Positions 8,516-18,010 are shown, counted from the first letter of the stretch. The stretch: DNA of 64,000 nt from an uncultured Acidobacteriota bacterium (GCA_963805975.1 CAWDVR010000002.1:1-64000); one strand, 5' to 3'. The notes: generated from the letters alone by a model not told the origin. Numbers and translations are program-made.

Positions 8516-8579
8516 GTTTAACAACCGGTTGCAGCGGACGGTCCGCTGCGCGGCCCGCCGCGGAACCGGAGCGTTCGGC
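8516..8579 (+). other. Integron attC site 3 (right end of the array)
   Basis: R'' GTTTAAC (8516-8522), arms CCGGTTGCAGCGG/CCGCGGAACCGG, R' GTTCGGC (8573-8579). CGGCGTTTAAC is complementary, with 1 mismatch, to GTTAGACGCCG at the start of cassette 3. Confidence 0.8.
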
Positions 8580-8852
8580 CCTCCTATCGCCTTACCCGCC
8601 GCCTTAGGTACGCTGTCGAGTGGCATGCCGGGCTGAGGGCCGCCTCAAGAGCCTTCCAAAGCGCATGCTGAGCGCATGCCGAGCAATTCGGAAGCAGCGA
8701 GGCTCCCGGAGTCAATTCTCCGGAAGGCTCAGATTAAGCGAGACTTAGGACGACCTGACCTCAGTCTCGGCAGCTTGACCGAGTATGTGAGGATTTCCGG
8801 GAGGACCCGAAACGCAGCAGATCGACCGCGGAGCAGGTATTCGTGGGCGCTC

Positions 8853-9572
8853 TTAGGGAGTTTCGATCCGGAAGGAGCGGGCCATGGTGGTGGGCCCGTC
8901 GAGCACGGTCCAGAGGTATTGGACGCCCGGCCGGAGCTTCGCTCTCTCTTCCTCGGGGAACTGCATCTCGCCCCCTGCGGTCGGCGGGCTGGTCCAGCGG
9001 TGGGAGCCGTTGGCCTCGAACAGCAGCACTCGCTGCGGCGCGCCGTCTCCGGCCGGGAACACGAACTTCTCGGGCGGCGCGGCCAGGGTGCCCGCCGGCG
9101 AGAAGTCGCCGTCCTCGGCCTGGGTGCCGCGGAGGTTGTCTTCCTGCGCCGGAGCCGGCATGACCTCGGGGCGGGCCGTCCACCACAGGCCGAGGCCCAC
9201 CGCGCCGGCCGCCAGCGTGGCCGCGAGCGCCAGGACCGGCGGCTCCAGGAAGCGGCGCCGCCGAGACTCGGCCCTGGGAGCCCGCCAGGGCAGGGCCGCC
9301 GCCGCCGGGGGCTGGGTCGCTCGGGGCTGGGCCACCGGAGCCTCCACCGCCTGGCGGAAGCGCTCCCACTCGGCCTCGAGCTTGGCGGCCGGCACCGGCT
9401 GGGGCCGGTCGAACGCCTCCAGGCGCAGCAGCTCTTCAGAGCACGCGGCGCAGGTCGCGGCATGGGCCAGCACTCCCTCGGCCTCGGCGCCTCGCGGACC
9501 CCGGGAGGCGCGGTACAGCTCTTCTGCCGAGGGATGCGGCCCGGACGGGCGCCGGGGCGTGGGATCGGTCAC
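8853..9572 (-). CDS. Membrane-anchored anti-sigma factor (zinc-binding HxxxCxxC)
   Basis: GTG start overlapping the sigma stop; HPSAEEL...HAATCAACSEEL motif; TM segment VLALAATLAAGAVGLGLWW; extracytoplasmic C-terminal domain. Confidence 0.8.
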   Translation of the reverse strand: MTDPTPRRPSGPHPSAEELYRASRGPRGAEAEGVLAHAATCAACSEELLRLEAFDRPQPVPAAKLEAEWERFRQAVEAPVAQPRATQPPAAAALPWRAPRAESRRRRFLEPPVLALAATLAAGAVGLGLWWTARPEVMPAPAQEDNLRGTQAEDGDFSPAGTLAAPPEKFVFPAGDGAPQRVLLFEANGSHRWTSPPTAGGEMQFPEEERAKLRPGVQYLWTVLDGPTTMARSFRIETP

Positions 9573-10099
9573 GGCTCTCCTTCCACGAGCGCGCGCAGGC
9601 GCCGGCGGGCGTTCCAGATCTGGACCTTGACGGTGGGCAGAGACAGCGACAGGCGGCCGGCGATCTCCTTGTAGGAGAGGCCCTGCTGCACGTGGAGCAG
9701 CAGGCAGGTGCGCATGCCGTTGGGCAGCCGGGTGAGGGCCGCGACGGTGCGGGCCAGGTCGTGGCGGCTCTCCGCCTCCACGTCGGCCGTGACCTGCAGG
9801 TCGGGCAACGCCTCGCTCACCGGCTCCGTCTCTGCCATACGACCTTTCCGGCGCCACTCGTCGCGGGCGGCGTTGCGCGCAATCGAGTAGACCCAGGCAT
9901 CGAAGCTGCCCTCGGCCCGGAACTCCTCCTTCGCCTTGTAGACGTTCACCAGGACGGTTTGACTTAGATCGTCGGCGTCGGCCGCCTGGAAGCCGCTGGC
10001 GAGGAAGTAACTGCGCAGGCGGGGAAAGAAGCGCTCGAAGACGGCGCGGAACTCGTCTCCGCCGCCGGCCTCCGGCGCCGCGTGGCTCGCCTCTGGCAT
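9569..10099 (-). CDS. ECF RNA polymerase sigma-70 factor
   Basis: Region 2 DADDLSQTV...FDAWVYSIARN; region 4 GLSYKEIAGRLSLSLPTVKVQIWNARRRL. Confidence 0.92.
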   Translation of the reverse strand: MPEASHAAPEAGGGDEFRAVFERFFPRLRSYFLASGFQAADADDLSQTVLVNVYKAKEEFRAEGSFDAWVYSIARNAARDEWRRKGRMAETEPVSEALPDLQVTADVEAESRHDLARTVAALTRLPNGMRTCLLLHVQQGLSYKEIAGRLSLSLPTVKVQIWNARRRLRALVEGEP

Positions 10100-10160
10100 G
10101 GACGGCATCTCAGCGCAAGATGCGGAGGCTGTCAACGAGGAGCTGGAAGGCCCGCCACCC

Positions 10161-13100
10161 TCACCGCCCGTCGCCGTTGAGCTCGAAAGCGGCCCAGTGG
10201 AAGGGGTGGCGGAGCGCGGCGTCGACGCCCTCGCCGCGCGCGAACGAGCGCTGGGCCTCGGCCAGGGCCTCGTCTTTGGGCCGCCCGCGGGCGAGCGCCG
10301 CGTAGAAGCGCGCCATCAGCTCCGCGGTCGAGCGGTCCGACACCGGCCACAGCGCGGCGATCACCGAGCGCGCGCCGGCGTACTGGAAGGCGCGCGTGAG
10401 GCCGATCAGCCCCTCGCCCGCCGCGTCCTTGCCGAGCGCCGTGTCGCAGGCGGACAGCGTCACCAGGTCGGCGTCGAGCCGGAGCTGTTCGAAGATCTCC
10501 CAGGCCTGGAGCAGGCCGTTCTCTTCGTCCCCCGGTCGTGGGATCGACAGCGCCAGGGCCGAGTCGAGCGGTATCCGGGGGTCGAGCAGCGCATGGCAGG
10601 CGAAGTGGAGGTAGCGGGGCGAGGCCGCGAGCCGCTTGACCGCCTTCTCGGTGGCGTCGGCTCCGAGGAAGGCCTGGCTCTCGCCGCGGTAGAGGCGCGC
10701 CAGGGCCTCGACCTCGTCGCGGGTGCCGGCGATCGCCGCCAGGCCACGCTGATACCGCCGGGTGGGCCCCTCGTCCGCGCCGCTGGCGAGCACGGACCCG
10801 GTCTCGCCGGCAGAGTCCCCGGGTGCCGACGCCGCACCATAGAGCGGGTCGCCGAAGGCCACCAGCCGGCCGTCCGAACGCGGCGCCGAAGCCCTGCCGC
10901 GCCGCAGCTCGGCATAGAGCGTGGCCGAGAGCACGAGATGGATCGGCCGGTCTTCGACCAGGAAGCGAGGCGGGTCGCCGGCCCTCGCCAGCGCCGCGAA
11001 CGGCAGGGCGTGGAGGGGGCCGTCCGGCGAGACGAGAAGCCGCCGCGCCGGGCCGAAGGCCGCTTCGGCCGGCGCCAGGAGGAGGTCGTAGAGCCGAGCC
11101 GCCTGCGCCAGCACTGCCGCGGTGGCGCCGGCGTCCCGACGACCGTCGAGGATCAGGCCGCGAAACACCGCCACCTCCTGCGCCGCCCGGTCGCGGCCGA
11201 TGGCCAGCCTGAAGAGGCCCACCTCCGGGGACTCCGGTCGCACCACGAACAGCAGCCCCTCCTCCGCCGCGAGGCTGAACGACAGCCAGGCCGTGCCCGG
11301 ATCGAGCACGGCGCGGATCTCGGCCAGCGACAGGATGCGCGGGTTGGTGAGCGAGTCGTAGCGCGGCGAGGCGTCGGCGATCTCCTGCGCCAGGAGGCCC
11401 CGTTCGGCACGGAGCTGGGCCAGCGCTTCCAGGCTCGTTCCCGGCACCGCGGCGGAGAGCGCGGCCTGTGCGCGCTCGTACTCGCGCTCCAGGCGGCGCC
11501 GCCGCTCGCGCAGCTCGGCGGGGAGATCGGCGGCGAAAGCCAGCTCTCGGCTCGCCAGCTCGATGAGCAGCGAGCGCCCCCGCGAGCGCTCCAAGGTACG
11601 GAGGGCCTGCTCGCGGTCCCCTCGCCGGGCTTGCAGGTCCATCAACAGGTGGTAGAAGGGGAGGTAGGAGTCGAGGTAGCTGGTCCGCGCCTCGTCCGCC
11701 CCGCCGAGCCTGCCGATCTGCTGCTCGAAGGTCTCGATCGCCGTCGTGAGCGCCGCCTCGGCCTCCCGATCGCGACCCAGCCGCTCGTAGAGCTGGCCGA
11801 GCGAGGCCCAGGACTGGGCTTGGCGGGTGGTGCCGGGCGCCACCCGGCGCAGCAGCGCCAGCCCCTCTTCGAGGCAGCGCTCGGCCTTGGCCCAGCGCTC
11901 GGCTCGGAACGAGGCGTGGCCGAGGTTCTGCAACGCGATCGCCTCGCGCAGCGTGCCGCGCCCGAGCTGGCGGCTGAGCGCCAGGGCGCGCTCCAGGTGG
12001 CGATCGGCGGTGGCATGTTCCCCCCGCTTCATCGCGGTCATGCCGAGCCCCTGGAGGCTGCCCGCCAGGTAGTGGCTGCCCGGGGCGCGCCGCTCCTGGA
12101 TGGCCAGCGCTTCCTGCCCCCAGCGCTCGGCCTCGTCGAGCCGGTCGGCCTTCATGGCCACGAAGCACATCTGGCTCAGGGTGCTGGCCTCGCCGAGGGA
12201 CCCCGGGACCACGCGGCGCTCCAGGTCGAGCGACCGCTGAAAGAAGCGCAACGCACCCTCGAGATCGCCCCGGTCGCGGGCGTTGCCGGCCAGGCGCTCG
12301 AAGACCGCCGCCACCGCGGTGGTCTCGGGGAGCGGCGAGTCGTAGACCGCGAGCGCCTGGCGCAGCGCCTCGTCACTGGCCGCGAGGTCGCCGCGGTCGC
12401 TCGCCGCCTGGGAGACGTTCACCAGAGTGCGCGCCAGATCCTCGTGCTTCGGGCTCACTCGCTGGAGCATGTCGGCCGAGCGCCGGAAGTAGGCCTCGGC
12501 CTCGGCGGGCTCTCCCCGCCGCTTGGCGAGCGCGCCGAGGTTGTTGAGCGGCTGCGACTCGTAGAGGCTCTCCGGGGCCAGGCGGTGGGTCAGCGCCAGG
12601 GCCTCTTCGAACCGCGCCTGGGCATCTGCCAGGCGCTCGCGAAAGAGCGCCACCGTACCCAGGTTGTTGAGCGTCCAGGCCCTCTCCAGGCTCACCGGCG
12701 CCTGCCGGTCCCAAAGCGCCAGCGCTCCGCCCAGGTGTTGCTCGGCGAGGTCGAGGTTGCCGCGGATGCGCTCGAGCCGGCCCAAGGCGTGGAGGGAGGC
12801 TGCCTCGGAGAGGCTCCCGGGGGCCGCCTGCCGGCGCCGGGACAGTGCTTCCTCGAGCGCTTGGGCGGCGCGCGCCAGATCCGGCTGCGCCCCATAGGCC
12901 AGGCCCTGCTCCTGGCGGACCAGGGCTTCGAGGAGCGGTGCGCCGAGCGGCCTGGCCGCGGCCAGCGCCGCCTCGAAACCGCTCTGTGCCGCGGGCCAGT
13001 CGCGTGCCTCGGCAGCCCGCCGCCCGCGTGCCAGGGCCTCCCACACCGGCCGATCCGCGGCACCCGTTGGGGCAGGGAGCACGCTGAGCTTCCACTCGCC

Positions 13101-13472
13101 TGGCGGCATCCGCACCGTCCGCCGCCGCCTGTCGCGCCACACTTCCAGCTCGACCGGGCCGCGCGGCGCCTGCTCCACCTCGAGCAGGGCGAGCTCGAGG
13201 CAGGAGGAGAGGGTGCCCTGCGCACCGTCCGGGTTGGCGGGCGGCGCCGGGCCGCGCGAGAACGAGAGCAGCCGGTCGCCGGCCTGGAGGCCCGCCCTGG
13301 CACCGGCGCCGTCCGCGGCAACGTGCTCCACCACCACCGCGGCGTCCGGCGGCGCGGGAGCGCAGCCGCCGACTGCCAAGGCGCTTGCCAAGGCGAGAAG
13401 GCAAGAAAAGGGCAGCGGGGCGGGGCGGGATGTGGCTCTCAACTCCGAGCTAGCGCCGGCCGAGCGAGTCAT
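10161..13472 (-). CDS. Lipoprotein: PDZ-like + TPR array + CHAT (caspase-like) protease
   Basis: Lipobox-like LAVGGC; GARAGLQAGDRLLS (PDZ); multiple TPRs; CHAT motifs PDGPLHALPFAAL, LHFACH, LSACDT, LWPVSD, HPFHWAAF. Confidence 0.9.
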   Translation of the reverse strand: MTRSAGASSELRATSRPAPLPFSCLLALASALAVGGCAPAPPDAAVVVEHVAADGAGARAGLQAGDRLLSFSRGPAPPANPDGAQGTLSSCLELALLEVEQAPRGPVELEVWRDRRRRTVRMPPGEWKLSVLPAPTGAADRPVWEALARGRRAAEARDWPAAQSGFEAALAAARPLGAPLLEALVRQEQGLAYGAQPDLARAAQALEEALSRRRQAAPGSLSEAASLHALGRLERIRGNLDLAEQHLGGALALWDRQAPVSLERAWTLNNLGTVALFRERLADAQARFEEALALTHRLAPESLYESQPLNNLGALAKRRGEPAEAEAYFRRSADMLQRVSPKHEDLARTLVNVSQAASDRGDLAASDEALRQALAVYDSPLPETTAVAAVFERLAGNARDRGDLEGALRFFQRSLDLERRVVPGSLGEASTLSQMCFVAMKADRLDEAERWGQEALAIQERRAPGSHYLAGSLQGLGMTAMKRGEHATADRHLERALALSRQLGRGTLREAIALQNLGHASFRAERWAKAERCLEEGLALLRRVAPGTTRQAQSWASLGQLYERLGRDREAEAALTTAIETFEQQIGRLGGADEARTSYLDSYLPFYHLLMDLQARRGDREQALRTLERSRGRSLLIELASRELAFAADLPAELRERRRRLEREYERAQAALSAAVPGTSLEALAQLRAERGLLAQEIADASPRYDSLTNPRILSLAEIRAVLDPGTAWLSFSLAAEEGLLFVVRPESPEVGLFRLAIGRDRAAQEVAVFRGLILDGRRDAGATAAVLAQAARLYDLLLAPAEAAFGPARRLLVSPDGPLHALPFAALARAGDPPRFLVEDRPIHLVLSATLYAELRRGRASAPRSDGRLVAFGDPLYGAASAPGDSAGETGSVLASGADEGPTRRYQRGLAAIAGTRDEVEALARLYRGESQAFLGADATEKAVKRLAASPRYLHFACHALLDPRIPLDSALALSIPRPGDEENGLLQAWEIFEQLRLDADLVTLSACDTALGKDAAGEGLIGLTRAFQYAGARSVIAALWPVSDRSTAELMARFYAALARGRPKDEALAEAQRSFARGEGVDAALRHPFHWAAFELNGDGR

Positions 13473-13497
13473 GCGATGGCTCTCCTCGGCTCGGTGG

Positions 13498-13788
13498 TCA
13501 CTCCATGACGAAGACGAACAAGTAGACGAGCCCGATGGCGGTGACCAGGGCCGGGAGGATGCTCACCAGCCTGGTGACGGCATCGAGCTGCTTGAACTGG
13601 ACGAGAGCCCGGACGAGGAGCACGAGCGCCAGCAGGCTCGCCAGTCCTCCCAGCCCCAGGAAGACGAGCGCGGCACTGGCGGAAGCGGCCATCCCCTGCT
13701 CACCCTGGGCCGCCATCCTCGGCAACAGCACTGCCAGCGTCGCGAGGACGAAGTAGATTCCGGCGAGGGTCAAGTTCACTCTCTTCAT
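13498..13788 (-). CDS. Small 3-TM membrane protein
   Basis: Hydrophobic 96-aa ORF whose start overlaps the stop of the upstream gene. Confidence 0.6.
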   Translation of the reverse strand: MKRVNLTLAGIYFVLATLAVLLPRMAAQGEQGMAASASAALVFLGLGGLASLLALVLLVRALVQFKQLDAVTRLVSILPALVTAIGLVYLFVFVME

Positions 13789-15488
13789 CAGGGCACCCGG
13801 TAGACCCACAGGGAAGCGCCGATCCTATCGTCCGGCGTCCGCGCGCGCAGCCAGGCCGGGGCACCCTGCGGGATGAACACCGAGGTCCAGTGGTCGGGCG
13901 CCGCGTACTCGGCGCCGAGCGCGAAGTTGACGCTCACCACGTAGGTTCCTGGCGCCGGTGTGTCCGGCGGCAGGGCGTAGTCGATGCCATAGAGCGCGGG
14001 CTCAGTGTGACCGAAGTAGAGCAGGTAGATCCTGGAGAGGCCGTGGCGCCCCAGGTACGCCGGCACCCGTGACAGATCCTGGCCCCAGTCGAGGTTCGAG
14101 TCGGCGAGCCAGCGGTGGCCGCGCTCCGGCCCGCCGGCGAGTCGGTTGAAGAACCCGAGCTGCAGCGGATGGGAGGAGAGCGAGGCCGCCACCAGCCCGG
14201 CCGCGAGCACCGCGACGGCACTGCGCCAGATCCGCCCGCGGTCGCGAAAGCCCGACCCGAGCACACCCGCGGCGGCACCCAGAAACAAGAAGGGCAGCGC
14301 CGGCAGCAGGTAGCGCATCCCCCCCGGCAGCGCATTGAAGAAGGTGAGCGTGCCGGCCAGCAGGAGCGGCGGCAGCCAGAGAATCACCGGCGACACGCCG
14401 TCCCGGCGGCGGCGCAACGTCGCGGCAGCACCCCAGAGCACGAAGGCGAGCGTCGCCAGGGGCAGCTTGAAGAGCAGCGCCGCGAGATGGTAGGGGCGCG
14501 GGCTTCCCTGCCACCATTCCCCGGCGAAGTAGACGCGGAACTCCCCGCGCTCGGTGTCGAGGAGCTGCTCGTCGAAGCCGGCCACGTAGTCGGCGGGGAA
14601 CGGCACCGGCAGCCAGCCGGGGAGCCAGCCCGCGAGCCGGGAGAACGGGCCGCTCTGCCAGCTCGAGCCGGCGAGCGCGCGGCCCGTGCCGGCGAAGGCC
14701 ATGCCGAGATTGACCACCAGGACCGCGATCAGGAGGACCGCGGCCGTACGCCTCGCCCCCACGGCGGCCGCCCGACCGAGCCGGCGCCACCGGTTCGTCC
14801 CCGCGGGCGGCCCGGAGGCGACCGTAAGGACCACCCAAACCGCCGGCAACAACAGCCAGGCCGTGAACTTGGTGAGCATCGCCAAGCCGAGGGCCACGCC
14901 ACAAAGGAGCAGGCGCCGGGCCGAGGGCTGCATCGCGTGGCGGTCCAGCGCGAAGAAGAGGCCCACGATGGCGGTGGTGAACGCGGCGTCCACCGTGGCC
15001 AGGCGACCGTGCGCCTGGAGGTTCGGGCACAGGGTGTAGAGCAGAAGGGCGCCGCAGGCCACGAGCGGGCCCCCCCGGGAGCGCGCCCAGGCGAAGAGCA
15101 GGAGGCCGCCCGCCGTGGCCAGCGCCAGGATGCTCAGCCGGGCGAGGAAGAAAAAGTGCAGGTACCGCTCGCGGTTGGCGAGCATGAGCTCCTGGCCGTA
15201 GAGCCACGGCCCCCAGTCCCCGCGCGCCGCCGGGCCGGGTTCGGGGACGTTCGCGCCGGCCAGCACCACCGGCAGCGCCATCCAGGCGCGGGCGAGCGGC
15301 GGGTTGTTGCGGTAGATGTCGGTGCGCCCATGGCGGAGCAGGGCGCAGCCCGAGGGCAGGTGAGCGAACTCGTCCACCGTCGGCGCGTCGCGCCGCGCAC
15401 CGTCGATGCCGAGCCCGACGAAAAGGGCCAGGAGAAGGCCCGCCACGACATTGGACGCGCTCTCGGGTCGTTCGATCGTGAAGCTCAT
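13788..15488 (-). CDS. GT-C fold membrane glycosyltransferase (ArnT/PMT-like)
   Basis: PTVDEFAH, NPPL, LATVD, TKF, RYLLP and DSNLDWGQDL motifs; many TM helices. Confidence 0.8.
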   Translation of the reverse strand: MSFTIERPESASNVVAGLLLALFVGLGIDGARRDAPTVDEFAHLPSGCALLRHGRTDIYRNNPPLARAWMALPVVLAGANVPEPGPAARGDWGPWLYGQELMLANRERYLHFFFLARLSILALATAGGLLLFAWARSRGGPLVACGALLLYTLCPNLQAHGRLATVDAAFTTAIVGLFFALDRHAMQPSARRLLLCGVALGLAMLTKFTAWLLLPAVWVVLTVASGPPAGTNRWRRLGRAAAVGARRTAAVLLIAVLVVNLGMAFAGTGRALAGSSWQSGPFSRLAGWLPGWLPVPFPADYVAGFDEQLLDTERGEFRVYFAGEWWQGSPRPYHLAALLFKLPLATLAFVLWGAAATLRRRRDGVSPVILWLPPLLLAGTLTFFNALPGGMRYLLPALPFLFLGAAAGVLGSGFRDRGRIWRSAVAVLAAGLVAASLSSHPLQLGFFNRLAGGPERGHRWLADSNLDWGQDLSRVPAYLGRHGLSRIYLLYFGHTEPALYGIDYALPPDTPAPGTYVVSVNFALGAEYAAPDHWTSVFIPQGAPAWLRARTPDDRIGASLWVYRVP

Positions 15489-15508
15489 CGGTCTCGTAAG
15501 ATCAGATC

Positions 15509-16147
15509 ATGAAGTCTGCGACCCCCAAGCCGCCCCTCCCGCCCCTCGACCTCGACGCCGTCCTCCACGACCTCCCTCTCCTCCACCGGACGCCGCGGAG
15601 CTGGGCGGAGCTGGCGGCGCGGGAGCTGCCTACTTTCCTCGCGGACCACGCCGTGTGCGAGCAGCAGGTGGCGATGTACGCGCTGTCGCTCGCCGGCCAC
15701 TACCCCGAGGATACCGAGCTGGTGGGCCACGTGGCGGCGCTCGCCGCCGAGGAGGTGCAGCACTTCCGGCGCGTGCTGGCGATCCTGAAACGGCGCCGGC
15801 TGCCGCTCGCCGGCCGCCGCAAGAACCCGTGGGTGCAGGCGCTGCGCGAGCGGATCGTCGTCGGGCGCGAGCCGTGGACCAAGGTCGACCGCCTGCTTTT
15901 CGGCGCCCTGGTGGAAGCGCGGAGCTGCGAGCGCTTCACCCGCCTGCTCTCCGTGCTCGAGGACGCGGAAGTCTGCCGGCTGCTCCAGGACCTCGGCCCC
16001 GCCGAAAAGCGGCACTGGGAGCTCTTCTACCGGCTGGCCGGCCGCGAGGTCGAAGCGGACGCGCTGGCCCGGCGCTGGCAGACCTGGCTCGAGCACGAGA
16101 AGCGCCTGGCGGAAGGGTTGGGAGTCTCCCCCACCGTGCACGGGTAA
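15509..16147 (+). CDS. miaE: tRNA-(ms2io6A37) hydroxylase-like diiron protein
   Basis: LADHAVCEQ, AAEEVQHF, ALVEARSCERF and AEKRH ferritin-like ligands. Confidence 0.8.
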   Translation: MKSATPKPPLPPLDLDAVLHDLPLLHRTPRSWAELAARELPTFLADHAVCEQQVAMYALSLAGHYPEDTELVGHVAALAAEEVQHFRRVLAILKRRRLPLAGRRKNPWVQALRERIVVGREPWTKVDRLLFGALVEARSCERFTRLLSVLEDAEVCRLLQDLGPAEKRHWELFYRLAGREVEADALARRWQTWLEHEKRLAEGLGVSPTVHG

Positions 16148-16409
16148 GGAGTGGTGGTTCAGTTCGAGTCCCGAGTGCCCTGGTCCGGTGCTCGACGCCC
16201 CCTGCGGGTAACGCTCCGATCCTCGGACGCTCATTCGAGCCCAGTGAGTCGGTCACGGTAAGCCACATCGAATGTGAAGCTTATGGTGACACTCAGAAGA
16301 GCCGGTGGCGCCCTGCGCTGACTCGGCATGCGCTATCGCCGCCCTAGTGTCTGGGCCTAGAGCCGAGCCCAAGGTGGACCCTGCTCGAATAGGAACCGTA
16401 GTCGCAGAA

Positions 16410-16442
16410 TTTGTTGCAAGTACCAACAAACAGTGCTACGAT
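16410..16442 (+). promoter_or_regulatory. marR promoter with overlapping palindromic operator
   Basis: TTTGTTG-N7-CAACAAA (16410-16430); -35 TTGCAA (16414-16419), 17 bp spacer, TG-extended -10 TACGAT (16437-16442). Confidence 0.7.
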
Positions 16443-16449
16443 GCAGCTC

Positions 16450-16959
16450 ATGAGCAGCGTGGCGGCCCTCCGTTCAGTAGTTGAAAACCCCGAGCTGGCG
16501 CAGGACACCGAGGAGCTGTACGACGCATTGGAGGATCTGCTGCGCGTGTATCAGTTCCGCGACCGCGACCGCATCTGCTGCTTCGACATCTCGGTCTCTC
16601 AATGCTACGCCTTGGAAGGGCTCGTGCGGCGGGGGGACATGACTCTCAACGACCTCGCGGCCTATCTCTATCTCGACAAGAGCACGGCGAGCCGGGTAGT
16701 AGACGCCTTGGAGCGTAAGGGCTATGTGACCCGCTCCCCTCATCCCGAGGACGGCCGGGCCTTGCTGCTCGAAGCGACCCGCGCTGGTAGCACACTCGAA
16801 GGTCGAATCCGAGAGTCGATCCTCGCCGAGGAGCGAGGCCTCGTCGCCGATTTCGCACCAGACGTTCGCAAGGCCATGACGCAGCTCATCCGCCGTCTCG
16901 CCCGCGCCGCCCAGGCGCAGGTCGAAGCCGGCGGCGGAAGCTGCTGCAGAGTTTCGTAA
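16450..16959 (+). CDS. Cys-rich MarR-family regulator, probably arsenic-responsive
   Basis: wHTH LDKSTASRVVDALERKGYV...DGR; ICC...QC motif and C-terminal SCC; directly upstream of arsM. Confidence 0.88.
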   Translation: MSSVAALRSVVENPELAQDTEELYDALEDLLRVYQFRDRDRICCFDISVSQCYALEGLVRRGDMTLNDLAAYLYLDKSTASRVVDALERKGYVTRSPHPEDGRALLLEATRAGSTLEGRIRESILAEERGLVADFAPDVRKAMTQLIRRLARAAQAQVEAGGGSCCRVS

Positions 16960-17005
16960 CGCCGCGCCTAGGCGGGAGCCACGGCGCGTTTTTCTTGCAC
17001 CTACA

Positions 17006-17020
17006 GTTGCAAGTGACAAC
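17006..17020. promoter_or_regulatory. Second copy of the MarR operator, upstream of arsM
   Basis: GTTGCAAGTGACAAC versus GTTGCAAGTACCAAC at 16413-16427 (GTTG-N7-CAAC). Confidence 0.65.
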
Positions 17021-17036
17021 CGAAAGAGGAGACATC

Positions 17037-17918
17037 ATGAACAGTCAATCCCCGAGCACAGATCAGCCACTCGACCCAGCCGCCTTGCGCGAGGTCGTCC
17101 AGGCGAAGTACGGCGAGGCAGCGCGCAGCGTGAAGCAGGGAGCCCCCGCTTCCTGCGGCTGCGGGAGCTGCGGCTGCGGCCCTGACCCGATCACCTCAGA
17201 TCTCTACGACGGGCAGCAGACGGCGAGTCTTCCCACCGAGGCGGTGCTCGCCTCCCTGGGCTGCGGCAACCCCACGGCCCTGGCCGAGCTCGCGCCGGGC
17301 GAGGTAGTCCTGGATCTGGGTTCCGGCGGCGGCATCGACGTGCTGCTCTCCGCCAGGCGCGTCGGTCCCGCCGGCAAGGCCTACGGGCTGGACATGACGG
17401 ACGACATGCTCGACCTGGCGCGCGAGAACCAGCGTCGCGCCGGGGTGGAGAACGTCGAGTTTCTGAAGGGCGAGATCGAGGCGATTCCACTGCCCGAGGG
17501 CGCAGTAGACGTGGTCATCTCGAACTGTGTGATCAACCTCTCGGCCGACAAGCGGCAGGTGCTTGCCGAGGCCTTCCGCGTGCTCCGGCCCGGCGGCCGC
17601 TTCGCCGTCTCAGACATCGTGGTCCGCGGGGAGATGCCGGCGGCCCTGCGCCGCAACGTCGAGCTATGGATCGGCTGCGTCGCCGGCGCCCTCGAGGAGC
17701 CGGAGTATCGGCGGCTCCTCGCCGAGGTGGGCTTCGAGGAGGTCGAGGTCGAGCCGACACGGATCTATCGCGCCGCCGATGCCCGCGCCTTCCTGGAGGA
17801 GGCCGCCATTGACCCCACAGGCTTGGACGAGATCGACGGCAAGGTGATGAGCGCCTTCGTCCGGGCTCGAAAGCCGACCCTGGCTCGCATCACTTCCATG
17901 GCGGAGGGGACTATGTAG
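17037..17918 (+). CDS. arsM: Arsenite methyltransferase
   Basis: [35 protein letters not shown] and WIGCVAGA motifs; RBS GAGGAG. Confidence 0.93.
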   Translation: MNSQSPSTDQPLDPAALREVVQAKYGEAARSVKQGAPASCGCGSCGCGPDPITSDLYDGQQTASLPTEAVLASLGCGNPTALAELAPGEVVLDLGSGGGIDVLLSARRVGPAGKAYGLDMTDDMLDLARENQRRAGVENVEFLKGEIEAIPLPEGAVDVVISNCVINLSADKRQVLAEAFRVLRPGGRFAVSDIVVRGEMPAALRRNVELWIGCVAGALEEPEYRRLLAEVGFEEVEVEPTRIYRAADARAFLEEAAIDPTGLDEIDGKVMSAFVRARKPTLARITSMAEGTM

Positions 17919-17973
17919 CGGCGCAGGCTACGAGGCGGGGTGAGATTCGCGGGAGGAGAGACCACAAACAGTC

Positions 17974-18008
17974 TTGCAATATACATTGCGTCAAACTATA
18001 TTGACGCA
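17974..18008 (+). promoter_or_regulatory. Promoter and palindromic ArsR-type operator
   Basis: -35 TTGCAA (17974-17979), 17 bp spacer, -10 TATATT (17997-18002); perfect inverted repeat TGCGTCAA-N6-TTGACGCA (17987-18008). Confidence 0.75.
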
Positions 18009-18010
18009 TC

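Noticed and set aside
10098-13508. Long antisense ORFs (also 31059-34235, 37163-40252, 41535-43808)
   Set aside because: These are shadow frames of real high-GC genes on the opposite strand; they have no motifs of their own.
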